The position numbers and the translations under genes are program-made. A stretch of DNA of 64,000 bases from the human T2T-CHM13v2.0 reference genome, Homo sapiens. Below the pieces are notes generated by a model. That model was given only the letters and a program-made list of their open reading frames with translations, ran no database searches and was not told the DNA's origin. Below are positions 12,340 to 25,887 of this stretch, one piece after another. The DNA lies in NCBI RefSeq assembly GCF_009914755.1, contig NC_060947.1. The stretch is one strand, 5' to 3'. Each line of letters begins with the position of its first letter. The stretch's first letter is position 1.

Positions 12340-12850
12340 GCGTGTGCTTAGAAGTTAAGTTAGATGGATCTGGAATTGAATACTGGATCAGAATACTGGA
12401 TCTGATCCTTACTAGCTATGTGACTTCTTACAGCATACATGTTCTATGAGCACTCATTTCTAACTTAAGAGTTGGGTAGTAATAGTGTTTATATCATAGA
12501 GTTCTTATTGGGTTTAAATAAAATAATCTATGTAAAGCATTTTTAGAGTGCCTGACACATAATAAATGCTCAATACATGTTATGTCAATATTTTAATGTT
12601 ATTACAATAAATATTTTATGTAATTGATATTTTTATTATTTACAAAATATTAAACCCAAATTACCAGGAACAATATATATCTTATTTTAATCTATATTTA
12701 TTATTGTTATTTCCCTGAGAAGAAAACTCAGTTTCAGATATTTTAGGTAAGTTACCTGAAGACACATAACCATAAATGAGAGCGTTGAGTGTTGCATACA
12801 CAACTGTTTCACCCCAAAGATCATGTTTTTTCATTGCACACACTGATTCT
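12340..12850. mobile_element. MIR fragments (plus about 12340-12580, minus about 12690-12850)
   Basis: ttactagctatgtgac...taatctatgtaaagcatttttagagtgcctgacacataataaatgctcaata; agaaaactcagtttcaga...taagttacctgaagacacataac. Confidence 0.6.
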
Positions 12851-13000
12851 TAAATGAATATTTCTTGTAATTATGGTTAAGATCCAGGAGGAGAAAAGGG
12901 GATTGCATTTGGGAACTGGCTAACTGGTCTTCCAATGTAAGATAGCAGCATATTCAATACATTGATACCACCTGTCATGATAGGTCAAAGCCCCACATTA

Positions 13001-13207
13001 CCCCGTCTCTACTAAAAAAAAAAAAAAAAAAATCCAAAAAATTAGCCAGGTGTGGTGGCGGGTGCCTATAATCCCAGCTGCTCGGGAGGCTAAGTCAGGA
13101 GAATCACTTGAACCTGGGAGGCGGAGCTGCAGTGAGACGAGATCATGCCACTGCACTCCAGCCTGGGTGACAGAGCAAGACTCCATCTCAAAAAAAGAAA
13201 AAAAAAA
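13001..13207 (+). mobile_element. 5'-truncated Alu (AluS-like) with expanded middle A-tract
   Basis: Begins at ccccgtctctacta, followed by a long A linker, the complete right arm and a tail. No TSD seen. Confidence 0.9.
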
Positions 13208-14399
13208 GAGTTTACTCCTTGTCATGTACAAAATACTTAACAGGCCTATTTTCTACAGTTTAACAAAACAGAGCACACTTGTCCAACCTGTACCGAGGTG
13301 CACTTTTAAGTATACAATCAAAATGTTTTCCAGCTTAAGCCACGTTAATGTGTCAGATTGATTGAATTCCAATTCTGAAATAAGTGCAACTAAAACACTA
13401 GCAAAACATAATGGAAAAAAATGAAAGGGATTTGTGCTAGAAATAACAGGTAGAGCAGTGAACATATGTAGAAACCGACATAACAACAGTGAAAGAATAT
13501 ATAGCTTCTGAAGCACCATGGCAGCCTGAGCCTGCAAAATCCTTTTATTAGCTGCCATACAGCATCCAGAAGAGTAATTAGGGATTTGAGCAGCATAACA
13601 CAGGGTAATAGAAGGGGCTAGAAAGAACTGCAGCATAGCACAATAGCATATGCCAGTCGGAGGAAGGCTGTGCACTCCGTTTGAAAAATCAGTGAAAGGG
13701 AGAAAATGTTGTTATTCCCCATGATTTCTGGAGAGCTGACTTCAAGGCGATGGGTGAAGCTGAATCTAGTTGCAGTGAGCCACGCACAGGCTCACAAATT
13801 TTTACTTCCCGAAAAACCATTTTGAGTCAGCTCTGATTTGCAGATCTACAAAATTTCAAAAGGACTCTGAATTGCATAGGCAGTCAGTTTTTTTAAATAA
13901 GCAGTATTTTCTCTATGGGGCCGCTTGGGTGGAGTGGTGTAGCATCTTAAACCATGAATTAGTATCAGGCTATGTACAAGCTATAAAAGTAAATAAAAGT
14001 CTTACCAATAATCTAGATAAAATAATTAATACAATTAACCAGAAGTAAAAACAAAGGTATAAGAATTCATTCATCTTTGCATGAATTCAGCAAATGTTTA
14101 TTAAATACTTAATACATGGATAGGTCTACTGAGAAATGTGTAAAGATATCAAGAAATCCAATACACAATCTTTCTCTAAAGAAACTGAGGAAAAGCAAAT
14201 CACATTGTGAAAATTTAAAAAGTAAAATGAAAGAATGATAGGTATCTTGACAAAAGTGTGAATGTAAATGTCAGTGGTTCAACTATTGAAACGACTTAAT
14301 CACTCTAATTTTCAGTTTGCTCATCCAAACAATTGTTATGTGAATTGTTAACTTGAAGTCATTGTCTCGGTGAACTTAATTTTTAAAAGTACGTTAAAG

Positions 14400-15445
14400 T
14401 GACTTCCTCTTCTGAAAGATGGAATAGATATACTTTTGCCTATTTCTCTTTCTAAATAAAACCAAACCCCCTGAATATTATATATAAAACAAACGTAAGA
14501 ACACTCTGAAAGTTGGAAATAAATAGACAGTTTGGAGAGCTCAGGACCCAGGAAATGACATGGCAGTGAGCTTCCTGGGTTTCTTTTTCTTTCTTTCCTT
14601 CTTTCCTTCCTTCCTTCCTTCCTTCCTTCCTTCCTTCCTTCCTTCCTTTCCTCCCTCCCTCCCTCTCTCCCTTTCTCCCTCTCTCCCTCTCTCTCTTTCT
14701 TCTTTCTTTCTTCATTCCTTCCTTCCTTCCTCTCTCTCTCTTCTTTCTTTTCTTTTCTTTTCTTTTCCTTTCCTTTCCTTTCCTTTTCCTTTCTTTCTTT
14801 CTTTCTTTTTCTTTCCTTCCTTCCTTCCTTCTTTCTTTCTTTCCTTCCTTCCTTCTTTCTTTTTTTCACATGTCATATATTTGAGAGTTGCAGCTAAAGA
14901 AGCCAACAAATTGGAAATGCCGAAAGTCACAGACAAAAAGCCCAAATAAAATTCTGCTTTGTTTAGCCAAAGGACAAGAAAAGAGGTAGCCTAGGCAAGA
15001 CAGAAAATTTTGATAAAATAACTACTCTACTGCAGCCAATCCCTACCCTTGAAAAAGCTATTCTTACCCCCAGTCTTGTGTCCAAAGTTGGAGGGGCGAG
15101 GCTTCTAACTTCATGAGGGTGTAATGAGGAGTTCCAACATCCGGCTATGCATGGCGTCTATTTCTGCTTGGCAGTAACAAGGCACCCGTGCAACTCCTTT
15201 CAGGGGTGTTGTCAGAAGAGGCCTATTGAGTAGCAGTAATGAGATACTTCACTCCCTAAACAAGGTGAAACTACCACCCCAACTCACAGGTGGCAATGGA
15301 AACTAAGTGGACAACTGGGATTTCTGAACTTACCTGGCAAAAAGGAGACAGTGGCTCTCTCTTCCCCTACCAGAGTGATATCACAGAAAGCCAGCTAAAA
15401 CAGATGGCTTAAATAAGATCCAAAGGGTTACAACACAATACATAA
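14400..15445 (+). mobile_element. old L1M 5' region, interrupted by a simple repeat
   Basis: gacttcctcttctgaaagatggaatagatatacttt...aaaacaaacgtaagaacactctgaaag resembles L1M4/L1MC 5' ends. Confidence 0.55.
14580..14866. repeat. polypyrimidine (TTCC/TTTC/CT)n tract, about 290 bp
   Basis: Almost pure C/T on the plus strand. Confidence 0.97.
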
Positions 15446-15451
15446 GATTTC

Positions 15452-15811
15452 TTCTATGGTGTGAATGTTTGCACCTACCCAGCTCTGCCAAATACTTATG
15501 TTGAAAACCTAATAACCAATGGGATGATATTAGGATGTGGGTCCTTTGGGAAGTGATTAGATCATGAGGGTGAGATTAGTCCTTTTATAAAAGAGGCCCC
15601 AGAAAGTTGCCTTCCCCTTTTCCACTATGTGGGGACACAGCTAGAAGGTACTACCTATACACCAGGAAACAGTCCTTCACCAGATGTCAAACCAGCCAGT
15701 ACCTTGATCTTGGACTTTCTAGCCTTCAGGACTGTGAGAAATACATTTTTGTTATTTGTAAGCCACCCTGTTGATGGTATTTTTTTATAACAGCCCATAT
15801 GCCCTAAGACA
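15452..15811 (+). mobile_element. MLT1A-like MaLR solo LTR
   Basis: ctatggtgtgaatgttt...ttatgttgaaaacctaa...ccttgatcttggactttctagccttcaggactgtgagaaatacatt...ctaagaca. Confidence 0.85.
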
Positions 15812-16339
15812 ATGCACATGTTTTAGAAAAAAAATAAGTCATCAACAAAGAACCAGAAGAATCGGAACTATTACTACTGTCTCTGCTATAGGAATGTTTT
15901 CTTAATGCAGACCAATGAGCTGGAGTCAAAGGACAGCGTGGCCCACCTATTGATCTGAAGATGTAGAATTCAGAGATTGTAGCAATTAAAGCATATAATG
16001 TTTGAAGGGCAGAATACTGGGAAGGAAAATGCCATGCAGGAAAGGATGGTGGAGTTACAGAGGTCCATGAGTGTCCCTTGTGAGTTACTTGCTGAAGGCT
16101 GGGCTGCACATTCAGAGAATGAGTCTGCGTGAGATTTACCAGAAAATAGCTACTATGGGGTTGGTAATGGAAAACAGATATTAGAGGTAGAGTAGTTATA
16201 GACATATTAGACATCAGACCTAGACAGAGAATATAGACATCATTAATACCTGCAGATTTTGCTCAGCCACCAGAAGGCCTAAACCTTATGTGTAAAGGCC
16301 ATCATCTAGAATAGGACATGAAAAAGTATGGTTCTTGAG

Positions 16340-16538
16340 TGTAATCCAGCCTGTCATTCGTATTTGTAAATAACGGGTTGGAGCCTGGCCATGCCCATTT
16401 GTTTATGTATTGTTAATGACAACTTTTATGCTAAAATGGAGGAGTTTAGTAGATTCCACAGAAACTCTATGGCCCACAAAACTAAACGAAAAAAATTTAC
16501 TACAAGGCTATTTATAAAACAAGTTTGCCAATCCCTGC
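16340..16538. mobile_element. MER58-like hAT MITE
   Basis: ccatgcccatttgtttatgtattg...tatggcccacaaaactaaa...aagtttgccaatccctg. Confidence 0.7.
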
Positions 16539-16999
16539 TCTAGAGTAAAGACTACCCTAAATCCACTTTAACAAGCCTACCAAGCCCTCAGTAAAGACAA
16601 GATGCCTGCCTAAGACTAAAATTTAAGTAGTAAAACGAAAAAATGCATTCTCATTCCAGGCCCCTACCACTAAGCACAGTGTCAAGTAGCAAGTAACTTG
16701 CAAGAGACATAGATCACTAAGACGCATTGCAAAGAGAAGACTTAAAACTGAGTTTAGACGATATATTGAAAAATAAATCCACTGGCAAACCAATCCCTAT
16801 ATTAAACATGGGTTTTTCTAAACATATTTGAAGACTGGATATAATGAGTACAAACTTCGCAACAACATACCTCAAACTCTTATTTAGATTAACTTAAATA
16901 TCCGTAATAAAGATCTAACAAAAGAGAATGTACCCCTATTTTCAAGCATTTGAAAAGGGTTATCGCAATCATTACTGTGTTATAAAAGAGAGCTGGTTT

Positions 17000-18850
17000 A
17001 AAAAAAAATAGGAAACAGAAAATAGGCAAGAAAAACAAAACATTCCCAAGGGTAAAATAAATCATTATAACCAGACTCAAATATTATACAGATGTTGGAA
17101 GTATCTGAAAATGAATTTAAAATAATTGTGATTAATATGCTGAAAGTTATTTTAAAAAGGTGGACAACATTTAAGATCAGATAGGTAATTTTAACGGAGA
17201 AAATGGAAACTATAAGAAAGAATGAAATGTAAAAGCTAGACATGCAAAGTACAATAACCTCACTAGATTCAACACAATATAGAAAGTAATTCATTTACTC
17301 AAAGATGTACCTACAAAAATTACTTAAACTGCAGCACAAAGAAACTATAAAGAAAGCAGAACATATCATCCAAAACCTGTGAGACATTAGGAAATGATCT
17401 AATATTTGCATATTTAAGATTGTACAAGAAAAAAAAAAGAGAGAAAATAGGGAAGGAAAAATATTTTTAAAAAATTGGCCAAGAATTTTACAAATTTAAT
17501 GATATAATCAAAAGCACAGAGCTAAGAAGCTCAGAAAACACGAAATAGAATAAACGAAATACACAAATTCACACTCACATATTTAAGTGTATCATTTTCA
17601 GTTTGCTAAAAAGAAAGACAAAACGAAAATATTAAAGGTTTTCAGATAAAAAGAAAACATCACTGACATTGTTAGGCCTTGTGTCTCCACCCAAATCTCA
17701 TCTTGAATTGTAATCCCCAGGTGTTGAGGGAGAGACCTGGTGGGAGGTGATTGGATCATGGGGGCAGATTGCTCCATGCTGTTCTCATGATACTGAGTGA
17801 GTTTTCATGAGACCTGATGGTTTTATAAGTGTTTGAAATTGCTTCCTATCCTCACTATCTCTCTCACCTGCCGCCATAGAAGGCATGCCTGCCTGCTTCC
17901 CCTTCCGCCATGATTGTAAGTCTCCTGAGGCCTCCCAGCTATGTGGAGCTGTGATCAATTAAACTTCTTTTCTTTATAAATTACCCAGTCTCAGGTAGTA
18001 TCTTTATAGCAGTGTGAGAGTGGACTAATACAATTACATACAGATGAATAGACTTATAGCATACAGCTCTTTATAAAACTAAGCAAGCTAGAAAGTATGG
18101 GGTAAAATCTGTAAAGTGCGGAAAGAAAAAACTACTGTCAACTTAGTAAAAACGTTTTAAATAAATAAATTAGAATTTTTCAGAGAAACAAAATCTGTAA
18201 GAATTTACTGGGAGAAAAAAGAATTGTTAAAGCAATAAATTGGAAAGGAAGAAATAAAGGTGTCCCTCTTTGCAGATGACATGTTTGTGTACAAAAGAAA
18301 ATCTTTTAAAATCATTGGAAAAGCTCCTAGAAGTAGTAAAGTGATTTTTTTCAAGGCCACATGATATAAAAATCAATATATACAGGTAAACCATATTTCT
18401 ATTTACCAGCAATTAAAAATTATAACTCAGTTTAAAAAATACAATACCATGACAATAATACCCCCCCGAAAACTCAACCCAGGTTCATATTTTACAAAAC
18501 ATGAACAGGCTCCATAGGTTGAAAATAGAAAATATGGATGAAAAAATCAAAGAAGATATCAATTCTTCTCAATCAAATCTGTTTACTGTAATCTTAATCA
18601 AAATCTTGACAGGCTTTTAAAAATAGTTATCAACAAGGCAATTTTGAAATATATATATGGAAGTGCAAAATAATTAGAAAAGTCAAAGCTATTTTTTAAA
18701 AGGACAAAGTTGGAGGATTTACAATATCTGAGTTCAGGACTCACTGTGAAACTACAGAAATTAAGGTAATGTGGAATTGATGAAAGTGTAGACTTACGAA
18801 TCAATGGAATATAGAACTGAGCAATAGGCTCACACAAATATAGTAAAAAC
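17000..18850 (+). mobile_element. old L1M ORF1/ORF2 fragments
   Basis: cagatgttggaagtatctgaaaatgaatttaaaataa...; ctctttgcagatgacatg; caaagttggaggatttacaatatctga. Confidence 0.7.
17664..18032 (+). mobile_element. MSTA-like solo LTR nested in L1M
   Basis: tgaca...cccaaatctcatcttgaattgtaatcccc...ggactaataca. Near-TSD atcac/attac. Confidence 0.9.
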
Positions 18851-19239
18851 AAAAATCTATAGACTGTTTTCCGGTATATGGAGGCATGCTACACCTTTGT
18901 ATTGGTATATTTCTGTCAATAAGATCAAAACTATCTCTAAAACTGTGGTTCTTATGTATTTGTGGGGTATAAGTCTTGTTGAGAGTGGGAACTGTGTCTT
19001 GTTCATTTCTATTCTCCTCAGTTATAAAGATAGTATTAATTCATTAAACTCCAATTGCATCACATATTAATGCTATAAACTTGGGAAAGGAACTTCTCTC
19101 AACTTCCTCTCCTGTAAAATGGAGATAATACTACATACACGATAAGACAGTTGTGCCGACTAAATGACATCATATATATAAGGCAATCAGCAGAGTGAAT
19201 TGCATATCATAATATAGAGTAACCCCCTTAAATATTAGT

Positions 19240-19650
19240 TGGTGGCCTTAGGTTGGGATTTTTAGAAGTAAACCTTTAATGTGTGATAGACAGACATTCT
19301 TGTCCAAGTAATTATTGAGGAAGTGTCCTCAGAGGGGAAAAAAGAAAGAGAGAGAGAAGCAGAATAGGGCCAAAGAAGTTGTTAAACAAGAATATGGTCT
19401 CAAATTCATGTACATTCAGTGTGATCCCAAGGGCAGCTCTGAAGCACAAAATGCGCTACAGAAGAGAAGTAGCCTCGTTATAAGTAGAGAATAGTCTGTG
19501 GGTGCAACTTGGAGGTAGCTTCTATGTGGCAGACAGTAATTCACTGGAGAAAGGGATCAATTTTGAGCAGTCAGCACTCACAGCAGTTAAGAGGCAAGAG
19601 CGCACTTGCTTGTGAGAGGACATCTGGCAGGGCACTGACAGCATCTTCTA
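19240..19650 (-). mobile_element. LTR33-like ERVL LTR
   Basis: ttaggttgggattttt agaag...caagtaattattgaggaagtg...tgatcccaagggcagctctgaagcac. Preceded by a MIR at about 19060-19230. Confidence 0.55.
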
Positions 19651-19719
19651 ACTTATTGTGATTGTCTGATTATTCTACCAAGATATTTAAATGTAAACTA
19701 AGACTTTAAAAGTAATATA

Positions 19720-20048
<329 letters not shown>

Positions 20049-21712
20049 TTATGGAACATCTGTCTCCCAACCTCAACTAAAAGATGACATTACCAGCAAC
20101 ACATAAGCACAATATTAAGTAGTTGAAATGTAGCAGCAAATGACAGAGAGAGAGAGAATATTTACAAAATTGGCCTAACTTATAATGCTCTCTATCCACC
20201 TTCTACACTCAGTCTTCCAAAAAGCTCTTACGGGAAATGCAATGTGAAATAAATCTTTTTTAAAAGTACTTAGTGATGCATTTCACTGTACAGAAAATTC
20301 ATCTGAGCAGGTATTTTATCACAGACAGAAAAGAAAACAACAATAACAAAAACAGCAAGGTTGATTATTGTTGTTTCCCCACTGGGAAGAAACCAAAAGA
20401 GGGAAGACTGAATGATCATAAACACTGATAGTTTATTACCTTCAATGAAAATTGGATTATGTAGATGAGAAAGAAAAAAAATCTTCCAAAGAACCAGGAG
20501 GTATGAAAGAAGAAGCACCTAGTCCTGCTCCTCCTACCACCCACTAAAGGACAATAAAATAATGGCCAACCTCATATGTTTTGCCAGTGTTTGCCTTCCA
20601 CTTTCAGGAAATGGGATAAGATTGTTGCTAGAGATTTGTGAGTGAAAAGTGGGGAGTAAAACACCTGATTTTGGCCCTGAATTTCTCACTTCAGAGCAAG
20701 GGTTTCAGGGCTCCATTCTGAAAGGAAAAATTATACAAAACTTGAAGGTAATCTCTATGGATTGGGTAGTCAAATGAAATAGAGGATTCTCATGTAGATT
20801 TAAATTTCAGATAATGATGGATAATTAAGACCTACTTACACTGAAAAAACTATTGTTCGAGTGAAATTAAAATTTCAGTAGGCTTCTTGTTTCCTACTAT
20901 TGGAAATTCATATATGGACATGTTACAGGATGTGGATATGATGGTTAGAGCTCCAGCTCACTTTTTGCAGCATAAGGAGACATGCTTGAATACAAAACGT
21001 TGATGCCTTGGTTCCTGTTGATATGAAGGTTTTGCCATGCCCACACAAGGGAGCATTTTGGACTTTTTATTTAAAAGTGAGAAATAAACCTATATCTTGT
21101 CTAAGCTATTTTGTATTTTATGACCTGTATAGAACACTCTCTGGGTTTTGACTCAATAAATATTTGTGGAATGAATGAATGATTGAAATCCAGTAGATTT
21201 CACCCATACTCTTTCAGAGAAAATAAAAGGTCTTGATAGAACTGGCCACATTACACTTGAAAAAATACTGTGAGTGAAAGGAAGAATTAAAGTAACATAA
21301 CAAGTACTATATAAATAGCAAGTTCATAAGAAAATACTATCAAAAACAATCTTTTACAGTATGTGCTTTTTAGTATTAAAATACTTGAGAACGCAAATTG
21401 GATTAAACAAAAATGATAAAACAAAAAAAGATGAAAGAGTAAATCATAGAAGTAATAATAATGCTTCAAAATTCAAAATAGAACTAAGTCAATGTGAAAT
21501 AGAATGGAAAAGAATAGTGATGGCTGTAAACCATATTAATGATGTGGATAACAGGCTTAGAATAATAATAGTGATCATAATTGGAAGAGGAGCAGACTAA
21601 GACCTTAAATAATTTTGAAAGAAAGTAACATGTAAGGAGAATACAATAATGAATTAATATACATATAGTGCTACATAGACAGTGCAACAAAAGAACAACA
21701 AATAAAATTCAG

Positions 21713-22095
21713 AGGGGAGGCAGAGCAAGATGGCAGAATAGAAAGCTCCACCAATCCTTGCCCCACCCCACCCCCGACAAGGACACCAATTAACAACTGT
21801 CTACATAGAAAGAAACACCTTCATAAGAACCAGAAATCAAGTGAGCACTCACAGTACCTGTTTTGAACTTCATATCACTGAAAGAGGTACTGAAAAGGCA
21901 GAAAAAACAGTCCTGAATCACCAATGTCACCCCTCACTCACCCCTAGAAGCAGCCTCATGGTGTTGAGAGCATTTCTGAGCACTGGGGTTGGGATAATAC
22001 AGCAATTTTGAGAAATAAAACTCAGCGCTGTCCCGTTACAGCAGAAAGGAAAACCAGAACAAACTCATCTGATACCCATCAACAAAGGGAGCATT
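21713..22095 (+). mobile_element. orphan L1 5' UTR (L1PB/L1MA-type)
   Basis: ggggaggcagagcaagatggcagaatagaaagctccacc...caccttcataagaacc...gtgagcactcacagtacctg. Cut off by the tail of the antisense L1. Confidence 0.75.
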
Positions 22096-25000
22096 TTTCT
22101 TTGTATTTATTTTTCATCAACTTTTATTTTAAGTTCTAGGGTACATGTGCAGGATGTTTAGGTTTGTGACACAGTTGCACCATACTGATTTGATGCACAG
22201 ATCAACCCATCACCTAGGTATTAAGCCAAGCATCCATTAGCTATTCTTCATGATGCTCTCCTTCCCCCCACCCCACAACAGGTCCCAGTGTGTGTTGTTC
22301 TCCCCTCATGTGTCCGTGTGTTCTCATCACTCAGCTCCCACTTATAAGTGAGAACATGTGGTGTTTGGGTTTCTGTTCCTGTGTTAGTTTGCTGAGGATA
22401 ACGGCTTCCAGTTCTATCCATGTTCCTGCAAAGGACATGATCTCGTTCCTTTTTATGGCTGCATAGTATTCCGTGGTGTATATGTACCACATTTTCTTTA
22501 TCCAGTTTATCATTAATGAGCATTTGGGTTGCTTCTATGTCTTTGCTATTGCAAATAGTGCCATAATGAACATAAGTGTGCATGTATCTTTATAATGGGA
22601 TAATTTATATTCCTTTGGGTATATACCCAGTAATGGGATTGCTGGGTCAAATTATATTTCTGCTTCTAGATTTTTGAGTAATAGCCACACCGTCTTTGAC
22701 AATGGTTGAACTCATTTACATTCCCACCAACAGTGTAAAAGTGTTCCATTTTCTCCACAACCTCACATGTTTCTGTGGTTTCTTGACTTTTTAATAATTG
22801 CCATTCTGATTGGTGTGAGATGGTGTCTCACTGTAGTTTTGATTTACATTTTCATAATGATTATTGATGTTGAGCTTTTCTTCATATGTTTGTTGGCTGC
22901 ATGAATGTCTTCTTTTGGGAAGTGTCTGTTCGTGACCTTTGCCCACTTTTTAATGGAGTTTCTTTTCTTCTTGTAAATTTGCTTAAGTTCCTTGCACAGT
23001 CTGGATATTAGACCTTTGTCAGATGGATAGATGCAAAAATTTTCTCCCATTCTGTAGGATGTCTGTTCATTCTGATGATAGTTTCTTTTGCTGTGCAGAA
23101 GCTCTTTAGTTTAGTTAGATCCCATTGGTCAATTTTTGCTTTTGTTGCAATTGCTTTTGGTGTTTTCACCATGAAATTTTCGCCTGTACCTATATCCTGA
23201 ATGATATTGCCTAGATTTTCTTCTAAGGCAATTCTAGTTTTGGGTTTTACATTTAATTTTTACTTAATTTTAGTTAATTTGTGTGTAAGGTGAAAGGAAG
23301 GGATCCAGTTTTCTGCATATTGCTAACCAGTTCTCCCAGCACCATTTATTAAATAAGAAATATGTTCCTATTGCTTGTTTTTGTCATGTTTGTCAAAGAT
23401 CAGATGGTTGCAGGTGTGCAGCCTTGAGTTAATTTTTGAATACGGTGTAAGGAAGGGGTCCAGTTTCAGTTTTCTGAGTTCTCTATTCTGTTCCATTCAT
23501 CTACGTATCTGCTTCTGTACCAGTACCATGCTGCATTGGCTACTACAGCCTTATAGTATAGTTTGAAGCCCGATAGCATGATGCCTCTAGCTTTGTTCTT
23601 TTTGCTTAGGATTGTCTTGCTATATGGGCTCTTTTTTGGTTCCATATGAATTTTAAAGTCGTTTTTTTTAATTCTGTGGAGAATATCAATGGTATTTTAA
23701 TTGGAATAGCATTGAATCTATAAATTACTTTGGGCAGTATGGCCATTTTCACGATACTGATTCTTCCTATCCATGAGCATGGAATGTTTTCCATTTGTTT
23801 GTGTGCTCTCTGATTTTCTCGTGCAGTAGTTTGTAGTTCTCCTTGAAGAGCTCCTTCACTTCCCTTGTTAGCTGTATTCCTAGGTATTTTATTCCCTTTG
23901 TAGCAATTGTGAATGGGGGTTCATTCATGATTTGGCTCTCTGCATGCCTGTTGTGAGTTTATAGGAATGCTAGTAATTTTTGCACATTGATTTTGTATCC
24001 TAAGGCATTGCTGAAATTGCTTATCAGCTTAAGAAAGTTTTGGGCTGAAATGATTGGGTTTTCCAGATATAGGATCATGTCATCTGCAAACAAAAATAAT
24101 TTGATTTTCTCTCTTCCTATTCGAATACCTTTATTTCTTTCTCTTGCCTGACTGCCCTGGCCAGAACTTCCAATAGTACGTTGAACGGTAGAAGTGAGAG
24201 AGGGCATCCTTGCCTTGTGCTGGTTTTCAAGGGGAATGCTTTCAGCTTTTGTCAATTCAATATGATGTCTGTGAGTCTGTTGTAGATGGCTCTTATTATT
24301 TTGAAGTACGTTCCTTTGATGCCTAATTTATTGAGGGTTAACATGAGGAGATGTTGAATTTTATTAAAAGCCTTTTCTGCATCTATCAAGATAATCATGT
24401 GGTTTTTGCTTCTAGTTCTTTATATGTGATTAATCACATTTATTGATTTGCATATGTTGAAACAACCTTCCATCCCACGGATGAAGCCAACTTGATCATG
24501 ATGGATTAGCTTTTTGTTGTGCTGCTAGATTCAGTTTGCTAGTATTTTGTTGAGAATTTTTGCGTCTATGTTCATCAAGATTATCGGTATGAAGTTTTTT
24601 TTCTTTCTTTCTTTATCCGCCAGGTTTTGGTATCAGGATAATGCTTGCTTCATAGAACAAGTTGGGGAGGAGTCCATTCTCCCCAATTTTAAAAAATAGT
24701 TTCAGTAGGAATGGTTCTAGCTCTTCTTTATACATCTGGTAGAACTTGGCTGTAAATCTTTCTAGTCCAGGTTTTTTTTTTCTGGTTGGTAGGATTTTTA
24801 TTATTTATTCATTTTTTGAACTCCTTAATGGTCTGTTCAGGGATTCAATTTCTTCCTGGTTCATTCTTTGGAGGTTGTGTGTGTTCATGAATTTTTCAAT
24901 TTCTTCAAAATTTTCCAGTTTGTGTTCATAGTAGTCTCTGATGATTTTTTTTTTTTATTTCTGTTGGGTCAGTGTTTACATCACCATTGTCATTTCAAAT

Positions 25001-25887
25001 TGTGTTTATTTGGATTTTCTTTTCTTTCTTTATTAGTCCAGGTAGTGGTCTATCTTATTACTTTTTTCAAAGAACGATCTCCTGCATTCATTTATCTTTT
25101 GTACGGTTTTTTATGTCTGAATTTCCTTCGGTTCAGCTCTGATTTTGCTTATTGCTTGTCTTCTATCTTTGGGGTTGATTTGCTCTTGCATCGCTAGTTC
25201 TTCTAGTTGTGATGTCAGGTTATTCATTTGAGATCCTTCCAACTTTTTGATGTGGGCATTCAGTGCTATAAACTTCCCTCTCAACACTGCCTAAGCTATG
25301 TCCCAGAAATTCTACTATGTTTTATTTTTGTTCTTATTAATTTCAAAAACAATTCTTGATTTTTTTGCTTTAATTTCATTGTTTACTCAGGAGCAGGTTG
25401 CTTAATTTCTATGTAATTGTATGATTTTGAAAAATTTTCTTAGTATTGATTTCTATTCTTTTTTGCACTGTGGTATAAGGGTGTGGTCGATATGATTTTG
25501 AGTTTTTGGAATTTGCTGAGGATTGTTTTATGTTCAATTGTGTGGTCAAGTTTGGAGTATATACTGTGTGGTGAAGAGATGAATGTATACTCTGTCATTT
25601 TGGGGTAGAGAGTTCTGTACATGTTTGTTAGGTTCATTTGGTCAATGGTTTAGTTCAGGTCACAAATATATTTGTTAATTTTCTGCCTTGATGATCTGTC
25701 TAACACTTTAAGAAGGGTGTTGAAATGTCCCACTATTATTTTTGGGGAATCTAAATCTCTTTGTAGGTCTCTAAAAACTTGCTTTATAAATCTGCATGCT
25801 CTAATGTTGGGTGCATATATATTTAGGATAGTTAGGTTTCCATGTTGAACTGAACCCTCTACCATTATATCATGCCCTTCTTTATCT
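22096..25887 (-). mobile_element. L1PA13-like element (3' UTR through ORF2 to the endonuclease region), decayed
   Basis: 3' UTR cacagatcaacccatcacctaggtattaagcc. ORF2 peptides in the track ([21 protein letters not shown]). Confidence 0.9.

Noticed and set aside
14348-14949. K/E/R-rich and F/L/S-rich ORFs up to 173 aa
   Set aside because: Artefacts of a stop-free simple repeat.
21713-22095. Idea that this L1 5' UTR belongs to the L1MA body at 41.4-49 kb
   Set aside because: They are separated by 19 kb containing older L2/MIR sequence, with no junction evidence.
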